A stretch of DNA of 64,000 nt. It comes from Candidatus Marinacidobacterales bacterium (GTDB lineage Bacteria > Acidobacteriota > Vicinamibacteria > Marinacidobacterales > SMYC01). The first letter of the stretch is position 1. Each line of letters starts with the position of its first letter. A program made the position numbers and the translations under genes. Below the pieces are notes generated by a model, which had not been told where the DNA came from, did no database searches, and saw only the letters and a program-made list of their open reading frames with translations. Shown piece after piece: positions 1 to 9,809 of the stretch. The stretch spans positions 6,080,001 through 6,144,000 of the forward strand of contig OZ250169.1 in assembly GCA_965237955.1 (NCBI GenBank), in the 5' to 3' direction.

Positions 1-557
1 CCGCGGATGCGGGTGATACCTTCTTCGGTTTTGAGAAGATTCTGAGCCGCGACGCGGCCGAGCGCGCAGATCACTTTCGGACGAATCGCGTCGACTTGGC
101 GGTCCAAAAACGGCCGGCACTCTTCGACCTCGACCGGCTCGGGGTCGCGGTTTCTCGGCGGGCGGCATTTCACCACGTTGGTAATGTAGACATCGTCGCG
201 GCTCAAATCGATGGCGTTGATGATCTTCGTCAGGAGCTGACCCGCGGGTCCTACGAAAGGAATCCCCTGACGGTCTTCTTCGGAGCCCGGTCCCTCGCCG
301 ATGAACATCAGGTCCGCGTTCGGGTTACCGACGCCGAACACGAGGTTCGTGCGCTTCTCGTGCAATACGCAGCGCGTGCAATCTCCGAGATCGGCCCGAA
401 TGACTTCGAGGGTTTCGTCTGGGCGAGGAGCGGCGACGACTGCCGGCGCCGCCTGCGTCCGGACCTTGCGGGCGAATCCCAGTCCGGTGATCGATTGGTA
501 GAACGACAACCGCTCGAGTATCTGCTCGGTCAACCAGGCTTGGACTTGATTAGTCAT
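1..557 (-). CDS. Family 4 uracil-DNA glycosylase (3' end beyond window)
   Basis: Manual translation from ATG at 557 gives CTRCVLH...VFGVGN...MFIGEGPG.EED.QG.PFVG.AG.LL...NVVKCRPP.NRDP, the Fe-S family-4 UDG motifs. Absent from the ORF track because it runs off the window. Confidence 0.93.
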   Translation of the reverse strand, partial: MTNQVQAWLTEQILERLSFYQSITGLGFARKVRTQAAPAVVAAPRPDETLEVIRADLGDCTRCVLHEKRTNLVFGVGNPNADLMFIGEGPGSEEDRQGIPFVGPAGQLLTKIINAIDLSRDDVYITNVVKCRPPRNRDPEPVEVEECRPFLDRQVDAIRPKVICALGRVAAQNLLKTEEGITRIR

Positions 558-1176
558 TCTTGAACGAGTCGATAATCGGACGGATTCGATCTTGGAGCAG
601 ATGCGGCCTCATGCGTTCCGCGAGCACGATGGCCTTGAAGAGCTCCGACGTTCTCTCGACGCTATCGTTGACGAGCACGTAGTCGTAGTCCTTGTAGTGG
701 TGGATCTCGTGGCGAGCCTCGTTCAACCGACCCTCGACAACTTTGTCCGAATCCTGCCTGCGGCCGCGGAGGCGCTTTTCGAGCACACCGAACGACGGCG
801 GCATGATGAACAGCGTCACCGCGTCGGGTTGCGCCTTCCGCACCTGCGTCGCGCCCTGAACGTCGACATCCATCAAAATATCCTCCCCACCGGCACGAAT
901 CTTCTCAGTCTCGATCTTGGACGTACCGTAAAGGTTTCCGTGAACTTCTGCCCACTCGAGAAACTCGCCGTCTTCGATCTTCGAGCGAAAATCCGCTTCG
1001 GCGATGAAATGGTAGTCGATACCGTCGCGCTCGCGGCCGCGGGCGGACCGCGTCGTGAACGAGATCGAGAACTGGACGTCGTCGAGCGTGTCCAGCAACC
1101 GTCGCACCAGCGTTGTCTTACCCGAGCCCGACGGCGCGGAGATCACGAACAAGTTCCCACGGCGTGTCGTCGTCAT
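550..1176 (-). CDS. gmk: Guanylate kinase
   Basis: ISAPSGSGKTT P-loop, SFTTRSAR, EWAEVHGNLYGT. ATG at 1176 overlaps the yicC stop. Confidence 0.96.
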   Translation of the reverse strand: MTTTRRGNLFVISAPSGSGKTTLVRRLLDTLDDVQFSISFTTRSARGRERDGIDYHFIAEADFRSKIEDGEFLEWAEVHGNLYGTSKIETEKIRAGGEDILMDVDVQGATQVRKAQPDAVTLFIMPPSFGVLEKRLRGRRQDSDKVVEGRLNEARHEIHHYKDYDYVLVNDSVERTSELFKAIVLAERMRPHLLQDRIRPIIDSFKND

Positions 1177-2051
1177 TCGATGTTCTGCACTTGCTCCCGT
1201 ACGCGTTCGATTTCGGACTTCATCGCGATCACGTGCTCGGCAATTTCGGCGTCCTGGCACTTGGATCCGATCGTGTTCACTTCCCGATTCATCTCTTGCA
1301 CGATGAAATCGAGCTTCTTGCCACAGGGTCCGCCCGCGCCCACGGTGCCTTGCCAGAGTTCGAGGTGGCTTCGAAACCGCGTAACCTCCTCGGCAACGTC
1401 GCCGCGCTCGACGAGACGGGCCGCCTCCATGGCGATGGTTGCCGGTTCCACGGCCGAGCCCAGGAGCTCGGCAACTTTCGCTTCGAGCTGCGCGCGTCGT
1501 GTCTCGCGTTTCTGCTCGGACAGAGCTTCGACCCGATCGACGTGGTCGGCAAGGGTTGCGATGCGCCCTCCGAAGTCCGCCATCATCTCTGCGCCTTCAG
1601 CCTCTCGCATGTTTCCGAGCGCGTCGAGCGCCTGCGACAACGCCGGCTCGATCGCATCCCAGAGCGCAGACCTTTCCGAGAGATCACGCTCTCTCACTTG
1701 AAACGCGGGCGAGAACCCGAGCAGATCGGAAAGCTGCAGCGTAGCGCCCACGCCTGTAGCCTGAGCGAGCTCGGTGGCGACCCGGACGAACTCCTTCATC
1801 AACGGCCGGTCGACCTCGATCTCGTGAGCGCTCTCGCCTTTCGGCTTGAGCCGAACATTGACGTCGACCTTGCCGCGCGCGAGCTCCCCTCCGATGCGAT
1901 CGCGAACCTGTTTCTCGTACGAAACCATTCCGGCGGGACCGCGCGTCTTTACATCCAGGTATCGATGGTTGACGGTTCGGATCTCGACTACAACCTCGTA
2001 AGCATCGCTCTCGGTACGAGCGCGCGCGAACCCAGTCATGCTTTTCAACAT
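1173..2051 (-). CDS. yicC: YicC/YloC family endoribonuclease
   Basis: MLKSMTGFAR, VNHRYLD, GKKLDFIVQEMNREVNTIGSK, EQVQNIE; usual position next to gmk. Confidence 0.95.
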   Translation of the reverse strand: MLKSMTGFARARTESDAYEVVVEIRTVNHRYLDVKTRGPAGMVSYEKQVRDRIGGELARGKVDVNVRLKPKGESAHEIEVDRPLMKEFVRVATELAQATGVGATLQLSDLLGFSPAFQVRERDLSERSALWDAIEPALSQALDALGNMREAEGAEMMADFGGRIATLADHVDRVEALSEQKRETRRAQLEAKVAELLGSAVEPATIAMEAARLVERGDVAEEVTRFRSHLELWQGTVGAGGPCGKKLDFIVQEMNREVNTIGSKCQDAEIAEHVIAMKSEIERVREQVQNIE

Positions 2052-2058
2052 CGATCGT

Positions 2059-3810
2059 TTACTCGCTGGGAACGGTCTCCGGTTGTTCGCCCAAAGAGAA
2101 TTGGAGCTCGTAGAGTCGCCGGTAGAGACCGCGCGGGCGCTGGATGAGCTCATCGTGCGTACCGACTTCCTGGACGGCACCATCCTCGATCACGACAATC
2201 TGGTCCGCCCTTCGGATCGTCGACAGGCGGTGCGCGATGACGAGCGTCGTGCGATTTGCCATCAAGTTCTCGAGGGCGCGCTGCACCAACGACTCGGACT
2301 CGGCGTCGAGAGAGCTCGTGGCTTCGTCGAGCACGAGAATCGGCGGGTTCTTCAAGATCGCGCGGGCGATGGCGAGGCGCTGGCGTTGGCCGCCGGACAG
2401 GCGCTGGCCTCCCTCACCGATGACGGTGTCGAAGCTCTCGGCAAGCGCCTCGATGAAATCCAGAGCACACGCCGCCTCGGCCGCCCGAATCAAATCACCG
2501 TCGGAGACCGCTTCGAGACCATAGCCGATGTTGTTCCGGACGGTGTCGTTGAACAGGATCGTCTCCTGCGTCACGAGACCAATCTGTCCCCGCAGCGACG
2601 ACAACGTTGCAGTCTTGATGTCCACGCCGTCGAAGAGAATCTCTCCGGCGGTGGGATCGTAAAAGCGTGGCACGAGAGTGGCGAGCGTCGTCTTCCCCGC
2701 GCCGCTCGTGCCCACGAGCGCGACGACTTGCCCCGCGGCCACTTTGAGGTTGACGCCACGAAGCGCGGGCACGCCGCTGTCGGGATACACGAACTCGAGC
2801 CCGCGGAACTCCATCTCGCGCTCGAGAGGCGCCAGGTCGATCGCGTCGGGTGCTTCCTGGATCTCGTACGGCGTATCCAAAACACCGAAAATGCGGGCGG
2901 CGGCGGAGAGCGCCTGCTGGAGCGTCGCATTCACTCGCGCGAGCTTCTTGATCGGCATGTACATCATGAAGAGCGCTGCCATGAACGACGTGAACTCACC
3001 GGTGGTCATCGCTCCCGAGCCGATGCGGCCGCTCCCGTACCAGATAGCCGCGGCGAGCCCGACGCCACCGACGAGCTCCATGATCGGCGGCATGATAGAA
3101 ATCACACGCGTGATCCGCATGTTGGTCCGGAAAAGCGCATCGGTCGCACCCACGAAGCGTTTCGATTCGAACCCTTCCATGCGGAACGCTTTCACGATGC
3201 GAGCACCGGAGATCGTCTCGTAAAGGATGTTGGTGATATCGCGCCACCGCTCGAGCCCGGTGTCCGTCCGGCGCCGGAGCTTTTTGCCGAGAGTCACCAA
3301 CGGGTAAATCGCGAGAGGTGCTGTGACGAAGCAGAACAGCGCGAGACGCCAATCGTAATAGAGGAGAAGCGCGCCGTAGCCTACGAGCGCGAACGTTTGC
3401 ATCAGAAGGTCGCCGACCGCTCCCGAGACCGCGAGCTGAATCTTCTCGACGTCGTTGGTGATGTGGCTGATGAGGGTCCCGGTCTCATTCTTTTTGAAGA
3501 AGCTGACGGACTGCTGGATCACGCGCTCGTAGAGACGGTTCCTCAGGTCCATGATCGTGCGCTGGCCGACCCAGCTCATCAAATACGTCGCGAAATAGGA
3601 GCAAAGCCCCTTGGCGAGGTAGAGAACAACGATGAGGCCAGCGACGCGTCCCAGGTTGATGTTCTGGATCAGGACGTCGTCGAAGATCGGCTTGATGAGG
3701 TAGGCGAGCCCGGCCGAAGTGATGCCAAAGCCCGCCATCGCCACGCACGCGAGCGCGAATCGAATGCGGTAGGGCCTAGCTTGCGCCAGCAGGCGACGAA
3801 ACTCTTTCAC
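2059..3810 (-). CDS. msbA: MsbA-type lipid A export ABC transporter (TMD+NBD)
   Basis: N-terminal TM domain, GTSGAGKTT Walker A, LSGGQRQR signature, LVLDEATSSLD. Confidence 0.88.
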   Translation of the reverse strand: MKEFRRLLAQARPYRIRFALACVAMAGFGITSAGLAYLIKPIFDDVLIQNINLGRVAGLIVVLYLAKGLCSYFATYLMSWVGQRTIMDLRNRLYERVIQQSVSFFKKNETGTLISHITNDVEKIQLAVSGAVGDLLMQTFALVGYGALLLYYDWRLALFCFVTAPLAIYPLVTLGKKLRRRTDTGLERWRDITNILYETISGARIVKAFRMEGFESKRFVGATDALFRTNMRITRVISIMPPIMELVGGVGLAAAIWYGSGRIGSGAMTTGEFTSFMAALFMMYMPIKKLARVNATLQQALSAAARIFGVLDTPYEIQEAPDAIDLAPLEREMEFRGLEFVYPDSGVPALRGVNLKVAAGQVVALVGTSGAGKTTLATLVPRFYDPTAGEILFDGVDIKTATLSSLRGQIGLVTQETILFNDTVRNNIGYGLEAVSDGDLIRAAEAACALDFIEALAESFDTVIGEGGQRLSGGQRQRLAIARAILKNPPILVLDEATSSLDAESESLVQRALENLMANRTTLVIAHRLSTIRRADQIVVIEDGAVQEVGTHDELIQRPRGLYRRLYELQFSLGEQPETVPSE

Positions 3811-4007
3811 GTCAGCGATATGCTATCAGGGGCGCGTGGGATTCGGTAATCGGGTAGCGTCCCGCTCCGCGCACGCAGTCTCCGCGCGGTGTCAGTTACG
3901 ATCACGTATCAAGCGCTGAAGAAAATTGAGTCCATACCCTCCCACAGTTGAACACTACGGGTGAACCGTCTAGACGGAGGACGTCCTCAATGGGTGATGG
4001 AACCTAC

Positions 4008-5201
4008 CTATCCCGCTGCGATGGCGCGGCTCAATCTACGGATTCCTTCGTCGATCTGGTTTTCCGCGACGAAGCTGAACGAGAGACGCAGGTAGTTCGA
4101 GCCGCTGCCATCGCAGAAGAATGGTGGTCCGGCTACGAACGCGGTCTGCTGCTCTTCGATCGCGCGCCGCAGGAGAGCTTCACTATCAGCGTCGTCTTTC
4201 AGACGGACCCACAGAAAGAAGCCACCGCTTGCGTGCGTCCAACTCGTCTCCGACGGAAAGTGTTCCTTCATTGCGGATTCCATCGCGTCCCGCTTTTTCC
4301 GGTAGAGCTCGATCGAGGCCGCGACTTGAGCGTCGATGAAGCCATGGCGGCCGTAGTCGTAGACGAGTCGCTGCGTCAGCGTGTTCGCGCACTGATCGGT
4401 GCCGAGCTTGCAGAGGCCGAGCCTCTCGATGAGCGCGGCGTCGGCAGCGACCCACCCGAGACGCACGCCCGGCCCGAAGATCTTGGAGAACGTGTGCACG
4501 AACACGACGTTGTCCGGATCGAGAGACTTGAGCGACGGTAACGGCGCTCCGTCGTAGAAGAGCTCGGCGTAGGCGTGGTCTTCGACGATCGGCACACCGT
4601 GATGGTTGCAAGTCTCGACGACTTTTTGCCGACTGGACAAGCTCATGGTTCGTCCGGACGGATTCTGGAACGAGGGGATGACGTAGAGAAACTTCGGCCG
4701 CACGCCTTCCCTTGCGAGCTCGTCGAGCCGCACGGAAAGCGCATTCGCGTCGAGCCCTTCTTCACCAGCCGGCACTGCCACGATCCGCGCTTCGTAGGTG
4801 CGGAACACGTGGAGAGCAACCATGTAGGTCGGCGCTTCGACGAGGACGGTATCGCCTTGGTCGACCATCGACATCGCAGTCAGATTCAATCCTTCGACGC
4901 CGCCGGAAGCGACGAGGATGTTCTCTGGTGTGGCCGGCACGTTTTCTTTCGCGTGCATGCGCTCAGCGATCCATTCACGGAGTTTCGTGAATCCGGGATT
5001 CGGCCCGTAGTTGAGCGCGGCGCCGCCTTCGTCTTTGAGGACACGGTCCATCGACTCACGCACGCGATCAATGTCGAACACCGCCGGATCAGGGAGGCCT
5101 CCCGCGAGCGAAATGACATCCGGCCGCTCCGCGAGCTTCAGGATGTAGGTCACCGAGCGCGACGGCTCGAAGAGCGACATCCTTCGCGATAGCTCAGGCA
5201 C
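4008..5201 (-). CDS. PLP-dependent class I/II aminotransferase (LysN/MocR-like catalytic domain)
   Basis: ISLAGGLPD, YVIPSFQNPSG, IVEDHAY, TFSKIFGPGVRLGW. Likely GTG start at 5201 overlapping the galE stop. Confidence 0.88.
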   Translation of the reverse strand: MPELSRRMSLFEPSRSVTYILKLAERPDVISLAGGLPDPAVFDIDRVRESMDRVLKDEGGAALNYGPNPGFTKLREWIAERMHAKENVPATPENILVASGGVEGLNLTAMSMVDQGDTVLVEAPTYMVALHVFRTYEARIVAVPAGEEGLDANALSVRLDELAREGVRPKFLYVIPSFQNPSGRTMSLSSRQKVVETCNHHGVPIVEDHAYAELFYDGAPLPSLKSLDPDNVVFVHTFSKIFGPGVRLGWVAADAALIERLGLCKLGTDQCANTLTQRLVYDYGRHGFIDAQVAASIELYRKKRDAMESAMKEHFPSETSWTHASGGFFLWVRLKDDADSEALLRRAIEEQQTAFVAGPPFFCDGSGSNYLRLSFSFVAENQIDEGIRRLSRAIAAG

Positions 5202-6213
5202 GTGGGTATCCGTCGGGAAAACGCTCCTTGAATGCCAAGGCGGTCTCGACGATCCGCTCGAGTGAATCGAATCGGGGCTGCCAACCGAGCTCGTTTTTGA
5301 TCTTCTCCGAAGTAGCGACGAGACGCGACGGGTCGCCTTCCCGACGCGGAGCGATCTCGTATGGAACGTCACGGCCGCTGACACGCTTCACCGTTTCGAT
5401 GACTTCGAGCACAGAGTGTCCGGTGCCGGTGCCGAGGTTGAAGCTCGTCGAGTCCCCCGAAGTCTCGAGATATTCGAGGGCGAGCACGTGTGCGTCGGCG
5501 AGATCCTGCACGTGCACGTAGTCGCGTATGCACGTTCCGTCCGGAGTGTCGTAGTCGTTGCCAAACACCGAGAGCTCGTCGGGCTTGTCGAGCTTGGCGG
5601 GCTGGCCCAAGGCCGCCTTACACACGAGCGGGATGAGGTGAGTTTCTGGGCGATGGTCTTCGCCAAGCTCGCCGCTCTCGTGAGCGCCGGCAGCGTTGAA
5701 GTAGCGGAGGTTCACGTGGCGGATGCCGTGCGCCTGTTCGAAGTCTTGGAGCGCCCACTCGAACACGAGCTTGGTACGACCGTACGGGCTTACCGGGTGT
5801 TGTGGGTGATCTTCGTCGATCGGGACGCGTTCAGGAGTGCCGTAGGTCGCGCACGTCGACGAGAAGATGATCGCCAGCACCGCGTGGCGCGCCATCGCCG
5901 ACAACAGCTGCACACCGCCGATGACGTTGTTGCGATAGTACTTTTCCGGATCTTTGACGGATTCGCCGACGTAAGCCTTCGCTCCAAAGTGCAGCACCGC
6001 GTCGAAGCGTTCTCTCGCAAAGAGCTCGTCTAGCGTCCCGGCAGTCACGGGAGCCGCCAAATCGGCCCGCACGATCTCGACGTTACCGGCGGCCGCGACG
6101 TGGCCTTCACTGAGGTCGTCGAGAATGACGACGCGTTTCTCGTGCGCCGCGAGCGCTCGAACCGTATGGGAGCCGACGTAGCCGGCGCCCCCGGTCACAA
6201 GGAGCGCGGACAC
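5194..6213 (-). CDS. galE: UDP-glucose 4-epimerase
   Basis: VTGGAGYVGSH, FSSTCATYG, PYGRTK, LRYFNAAGA, DGTCIRDYVHV. Confidence 0.95.
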   Translation of the reverse strand: MSALLVTGGAGYVGSHTVRALAAHEKRVVILDDLSEGHVAAAGNVEIVRADLAAPVTAGTLDELFARERFDAVLHFGAKAYVGESVKDPEKYYRNNVIGGVQLLSAMARHAVLAIIFSSTCATYGTPERVPIDEDHPQHPVSPYGRTKLVFEWALQDFEQAHGIRHVNLRYFNAAGAHESGELGEDHRPETHLIPLVCKAALGQPAKLDKPDELSVFGNDYDTPDGTCIRDYVHVQDLADAHVLALEYLETSGDSTSFNLGTGTGHSVLEVIETVKRVSGRDVPYEIAPRREGDPSRLVATSEKIKNELGWQPRFDSLERIVETALAFKERFPDGYPRA

Positions 6214-6214
6214 G

Positions 6215-7525
6215 TCAGGCGCGCCCCACGCCGAAGTAGGTGAAGCCGAGCTTTCTCAGCTTGTCGGGGTTGTAGATGTTGCGTCCGTCGAAAACGACGG
6301 GCTCTCGCAACAGATCGCGAATCTTCTCGAAATCCGGCTCGCGAAATTCGTTCCATTCGGTGACGAGAACGAGTCCATCGGCGTCTTCGAGGGCCTCATA
6401 ACTTTTTCGGCAATACGTGAGCTCACCATCGACGTCTCGCAGGTGCTTCCTGGCCTCGTCCATCGCTTCGGGGTCGTACATGCGTATCCGGACGCCTTCA
6501 TCGACCAATGCGCGGATGAGCGAGAGCGACGGCGCTTCCCGCATGTCGTCGGTGCGGGGTTTGAACGACAAGCCCCAGAGCGCGAGCTTCCTACCTTTCA
6601 AGCTCTTGTCGAAGTGCGCCCGGATCTTCGACAACAGAACCAGTTTCTGTGACTCGTTCACGCGCTCGGTCGCCTCGATGAGTTCGAGCGTCACCCCCGA
6701 GTCGCGCGCGGTACGGAGCAGAGCGCGAATGTCTTTGGGAAAGCAAGATCCGCCGTAGCCGACACCGGGAAAGAGAAACGGGTGGCCAATGCGGCTGTCC
6801 GCGCCGATGGCGAGCCTCAAGTTGGCGACGTCGGCACCGACCTTCTCGCACAATCGCGCCATCTCGTTCATGAAGCTGATGCGGCTTGCGAGCATCGCGT
6901 TCGCCGCATACTTGGTCAGCTCGGCGCTTTCGGGGTCCATCACCAGCAGGGGATTCTGCGTGCGCACGAACGGCCGGTAGAGCTCTTTCATGATCTCGGC
7001 AACCGCAGGATCATCAGTGCCGATGACAACGCGATCGGGACGAAGGAAATCGTCGATAGCGGCTCCCTCTTTGAGGAACTCCGGGTTCGAGACGACGCTC
7101 ACGGGCTCGCTCGTCAACGCGCTGATGGTCTCAAGAACCTTTCGATTTGTTCCTACCGGGACCGTGCTCTTCAACACCACGATCTTGTACTCGCCCATCA
7201 CCCGGCCGATGCCTTCCGCAACCGAGAGTACGTGGCTCATATCGGCCGAGCCATCTTCGTCAGGGGGCGTCCCTACCGCGACGAACAGAAGCTTCGATTG
7301 ACGGATCGCGTCATCGAAGTCGGTGGTGAGGCTGAGCCGTTCCTCGGCGACGTTGCGCTTCACGAGCTCCGCGAGACCGGGCTCATAGATCGGGAGCTCG
7401 CCGCGACGCAGGCAGTCTATTTTGTCTTCATCGATGTCGACGGCGATCACATCGTTGCCGTTCTCCGCGAGGCACGCCGAGACCACGAGGCCGACATATC
7501 CGGTACCGATTACGGAGAGTTTCAT
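6215..7525 (-). CDS. ugd: UDP-glucose 6-dehydrogenase
   Basis: MKLSVIGTGYVGL, KSTVPVGT, SNPEFLKEG, GYGGSCFPKD, FKPRTDDMRE; ATG at 7525. Confidence 0.95.
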   Translation of the reverse strand: MKLSVIGTGYVGLVVSACLAENGNDVIAVDIDEDKIDCLRRGELPIYEPGLAELVKRNVAEERLSLTTDFDDAIRQSKLLFVAVGTPPDEDGSADMSHVLSVAEGIGRVMGEYKIVVLKSTVPVGTNRKVLETISALTSEPVSVVSNPEFLKEGAAIDDFLRPDRVVIGTDDPAVAEIMKELYRPFVRTQNPLLVMDPESAELTKYAANAMLASRISFMNEMARLCEKVGADVANLRLAIGADSRIGHPFLFPGVGYGGSCFPKDIRALLRTARDSGVTLELIEATERVNESQKLVLLSKIRAHFDKSLKGRKLALWGLSFKPRTDDMREAPSLSLIRALVDEGVRIRMYDPEAMDEARKHLRDVDGELTYCRKSYEALEDADGLVLVTEWNEFREPDFEKIRDLLREPVVFDGRNIYNPDKLRKLGFTYFGVGRA

Positions 7526-7642
7526 AAGCGTTTTAGATTGCTGAGACCAACACCGACCCGGGATGGCCCGAGCCAAGCCAAATATTGTATCGCGCAAACG
7601 GGCCGACATGCCAGGCTTTGTGGTGCTAACATCCTCGGAAAC

Positions 7643-8749
7643 ATGGGAAAGATCACGATCGGGGTCGATTTTCGGCCCGCGCTCTCCCGGGCAACGGGCG
7701 TCGGCCGGTATTTCCAGGGACTCGTGGCAGGGCTGACGCGGTTGGACCGTGACAACGACTACGTCCTGTTCTCGAGCTCGTGGAAAGAGCGCGCTCAAAA
7801 GGAGTCGCGGCCGGAGAATTTTCGTCTCGTCGACCGCCGCGTGCCGGTCCGCGTCTTGAACGCTCTGTGGCATCGAATGGAAGCGCCTTCACTCGACTGG
7901 CTCGCCCGTGCCACGCTCGATGTGGCGCACTCACCGACGCCGCTCATCGTCCCGTCACGGCGCGCCCGTTCCATCGTGACCATCTGTGACCTGTTTTTCC
8001 TCGAACACCCGGAAGCAACGACTCGCGAAATCCGCCGCGACTACGTGAACCTCGTCCGCTCTCATGTGAACCGGGCCGACGCGATTGTGGCGATCTCCGA
8101 CACCACCGCCGCTGACGTCGTGAACAAGCTCGACGTCTCCCCCGAACGCGTTCACGTCATCCACGCCGGGCTCGACGAGCGTTTTTTGGCGCGCTCGACG
8201 GACAACGGCCACCAGAACTACCTCCTCACGGTGGCAACGCTCGAGCCCCGGAAAAATCTTCCGGTGCTCCTCAAGGCCATCTCGGTTCTGAAAAAGCGCG
8301 GCTGGGAGGGACGGCTTCGTATCGCCGGCGGTTTCGGGCTCGACACGCTTCGCGTCGACGAAACGATCGAACGGCTGGGGCTCGGCGGCGTCGTCGAGAA
8401 GCTCGGCTACGTCGACGGCGCAACCCTTCCGTCTCTGTACCGCGGCGCGCGAGCCGTCGTGTTGCCGTCGCTTTGGGAAGGCTTCGGCCTTCCGCTCCTC
8501 GAAGCCATGGCCTCCGAGGTCCCGCTCGTTGCTTCGGACATCGCTGTCCATCACGAAGTCGCAGGCGAAGCGGCCGTTTTCGCGGAGCCGCACGACGCGA
8601 ACGCGTTCGCCGATGCGATCGAGAAGCTCGAGCGCGATGAGGGTCTTCGTACGAAGCTGGTGTCGTGCGGGCGCGAACGCGTCTCTCGCTTTTCATGGGA
8701 CGCCTCGGCACAAAAAGCGCTCGCGCTCTATCGCAGTTTGGTGGCCTAG
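7643..8749 (+). CDS. GT4 family glycosyltransferase
   Basis: TGVGRY, VATLEPRKN, PSLWEGFGLPLLEAMA; start trimmed to ATG at 7643. Confidence 0.92.
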   Translation: MGKITIGVDFRPALSRATGVGRYFQGLVAGLTRLDRDNDYVLFSSSWKERAQKESRPENFRLVDRRVPVRVLNALWHRMEAPSLDWLARATLDVAHSPTPLIVPSRRARSIVTICDLFFLEHPEATTREIRRDYVNLVRSHVNRADAIVAISDTTAADVVNKLDVSPERVHVIHAGLDERFLARSTDNGHQNYLLTVATLEPRKNLPVLLKAISVLKKRGWEGRLRIAGGFGLDTLRVDETIERLGLGGVVEKLGYVDGATLPSLYRGARAVVLPSLWEGFGLPLLEAMASEVPLVASDIAVHHEVAGEAAVFAEPHDANAFADAIEKLERDEGLRTKLVSCGRERVSRFSWDASAQKALALYRSLVA

Positions 8750-9642
8750 TGGAGCTTTCGATCGCCCTCGTGAGCTATAACGCTCGGAAGGAGCTCGAAG
8801 CGTGTCTGTCGTCTGTTTTCGCAAGCACCGAGGCGAGCACACCCGAAGTCATCGTGGCGGACAACGCATCAACGGATGAAAGCGTCGCTATGCTGAGAGA
8901 GCGCTTTCCCCAGGTCGATGTGGTGGAGTCGAACGAGAATCTCGGCTTCGCGTGCGCGAACAACCTCTGCTGGCGGCGGGCGAAGGGTCCGCTCGTTTTG
9001 TTCCTGAACAGCGATACCGTCGTGCCGAAGGGTGCACTCGCGCGCATGGTCGCGCTCATGAACAAGAGGGACAACCTCAATGTCGGTGCGCTCGGACCTC
9101 TCCTCAAAAACGCGGACGGCTCGATCCAGATGTCATTCGGCAACATGATGAGCCTGTCCGCCGAGCTCCGCCAAAAAATTCTCAACGCCGGCTACGGCAA
9201 CGGGCGCGGCCCACTTCGCGGCTACGTGGAGAATCGCCACGCGAGACAACGCACCGTCGATTGGGTGAGCGGCGCCTGCTTGCTCACGCGGCGTGAGCTC
9301 CTCGAGCGCATCGGCGGCTTCGACGAAGAGTTCTTCCTCTATTCGGAGGATGTCGACCTGTGCGCGCGCATCCGCGCCCAGGGAGCCAGCGTCTTGTTCA
9401 CACCCGAGGTCGAAATCACCCATCACCTGGGCCGCTCGGCCGAAAAGGATCGCGATAAAGCGTTTGTCGAGTCCCAGCGTTCGCGCCTACACTTTTACGC
9501 CAAGCACTACGGCCAACCCCGACTCGGGCTTCTGAAGCTCTACATGACAACGAAGCTGGGAGTGGCGTATCTTTTTCGCCCGTCGGGGCGGGAAGCCTAT
9601 CGAAGCGTCCTCAAGTTCGTGTTTCATGGAGACAGTGCATGA
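8749..9642 (+). CDS. GT2 family glycosyltransferase
   Basis: IALVSYN, VADNASTD, FLNSD, WVSGACLL, FDEEFFLYSEDVDLC; GTG overlaps the upstream TAG. Confidence 0.92.
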   Translation: MELSIALVSYNARKELEACLSSVFASTEASTPEVIVADNASTDESVAMLRERFPQVDVVESNENLGFACANNLCWRRAKGPLVLFLNSDTVVPKGALARMVALMNKRDNLNVGALGPLLKNADGSIQMSFGNMMSLSAELRQKILNAGYGNGRGPLRGYVENRHARQRTVDWVSGACLLTRRELLERIGGFDEEFFLYSEDVDLCARIRAQGASVLFTPEVEITHHLGRSAEKDRDKAFVESQRSRLHFYAKHYGQPRLGLLKLYMTTKLGVAYLFRPSGREAYRSVLKFVFHGDSA

Positions 9643-9809
9643 GAATGCTCGTGTATGGCTCCCTCCTTCTTTGTATAGCATGCGTCCAATATGCGACCGG
9701 TATGGAGCACGTGTTCGTCAACGGCGTCGCCGTTTTCGAAGACGGTGAGCACACCGGCGCCCTCCCGGGACGGTTCGTACGCGGGCCAGGGTACAAACAA
9801 GCGCAGTGA
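9639..9809 (+). pseudogene. 56-aa remnant of an N-acyl-D-amino-acid deacylase (signal peptide fused to extreme C-terminus)
   Basis: MRMLVYGSLLLCIAC-VQYATGMEHVFVNGVAVFEDGEHTGALPGRFVRGPG; the second half resembles the D-aminoacylase C-terminus. Overlaps both neighbours by 4 bp. Confidence 0.7.

Noticed and set aside
2038-3849. Long antisense ORFs (also 592-1701, 18031-19104, 23017-24027, 52415-53611, 58962-59879)
   Set aside because: Shadow frames opposite well-supported genes in GC-rich DNA, with no motifs.
3909-3935. Minus-strand mini-ORF MDSIFFSA with a GGAGG RBS upstream of msbA
   Set aside because: Eight codons and no attenuator structure seen; indistinguishable from chance.
6782-7642. 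Long N-terminal extensions in the ORF track for GT4, ugd, the aminotransferase, the decarboxylase and istB
   Set aside because: They overlap neighbouring genes; family homology begins at the downstream starts used here.
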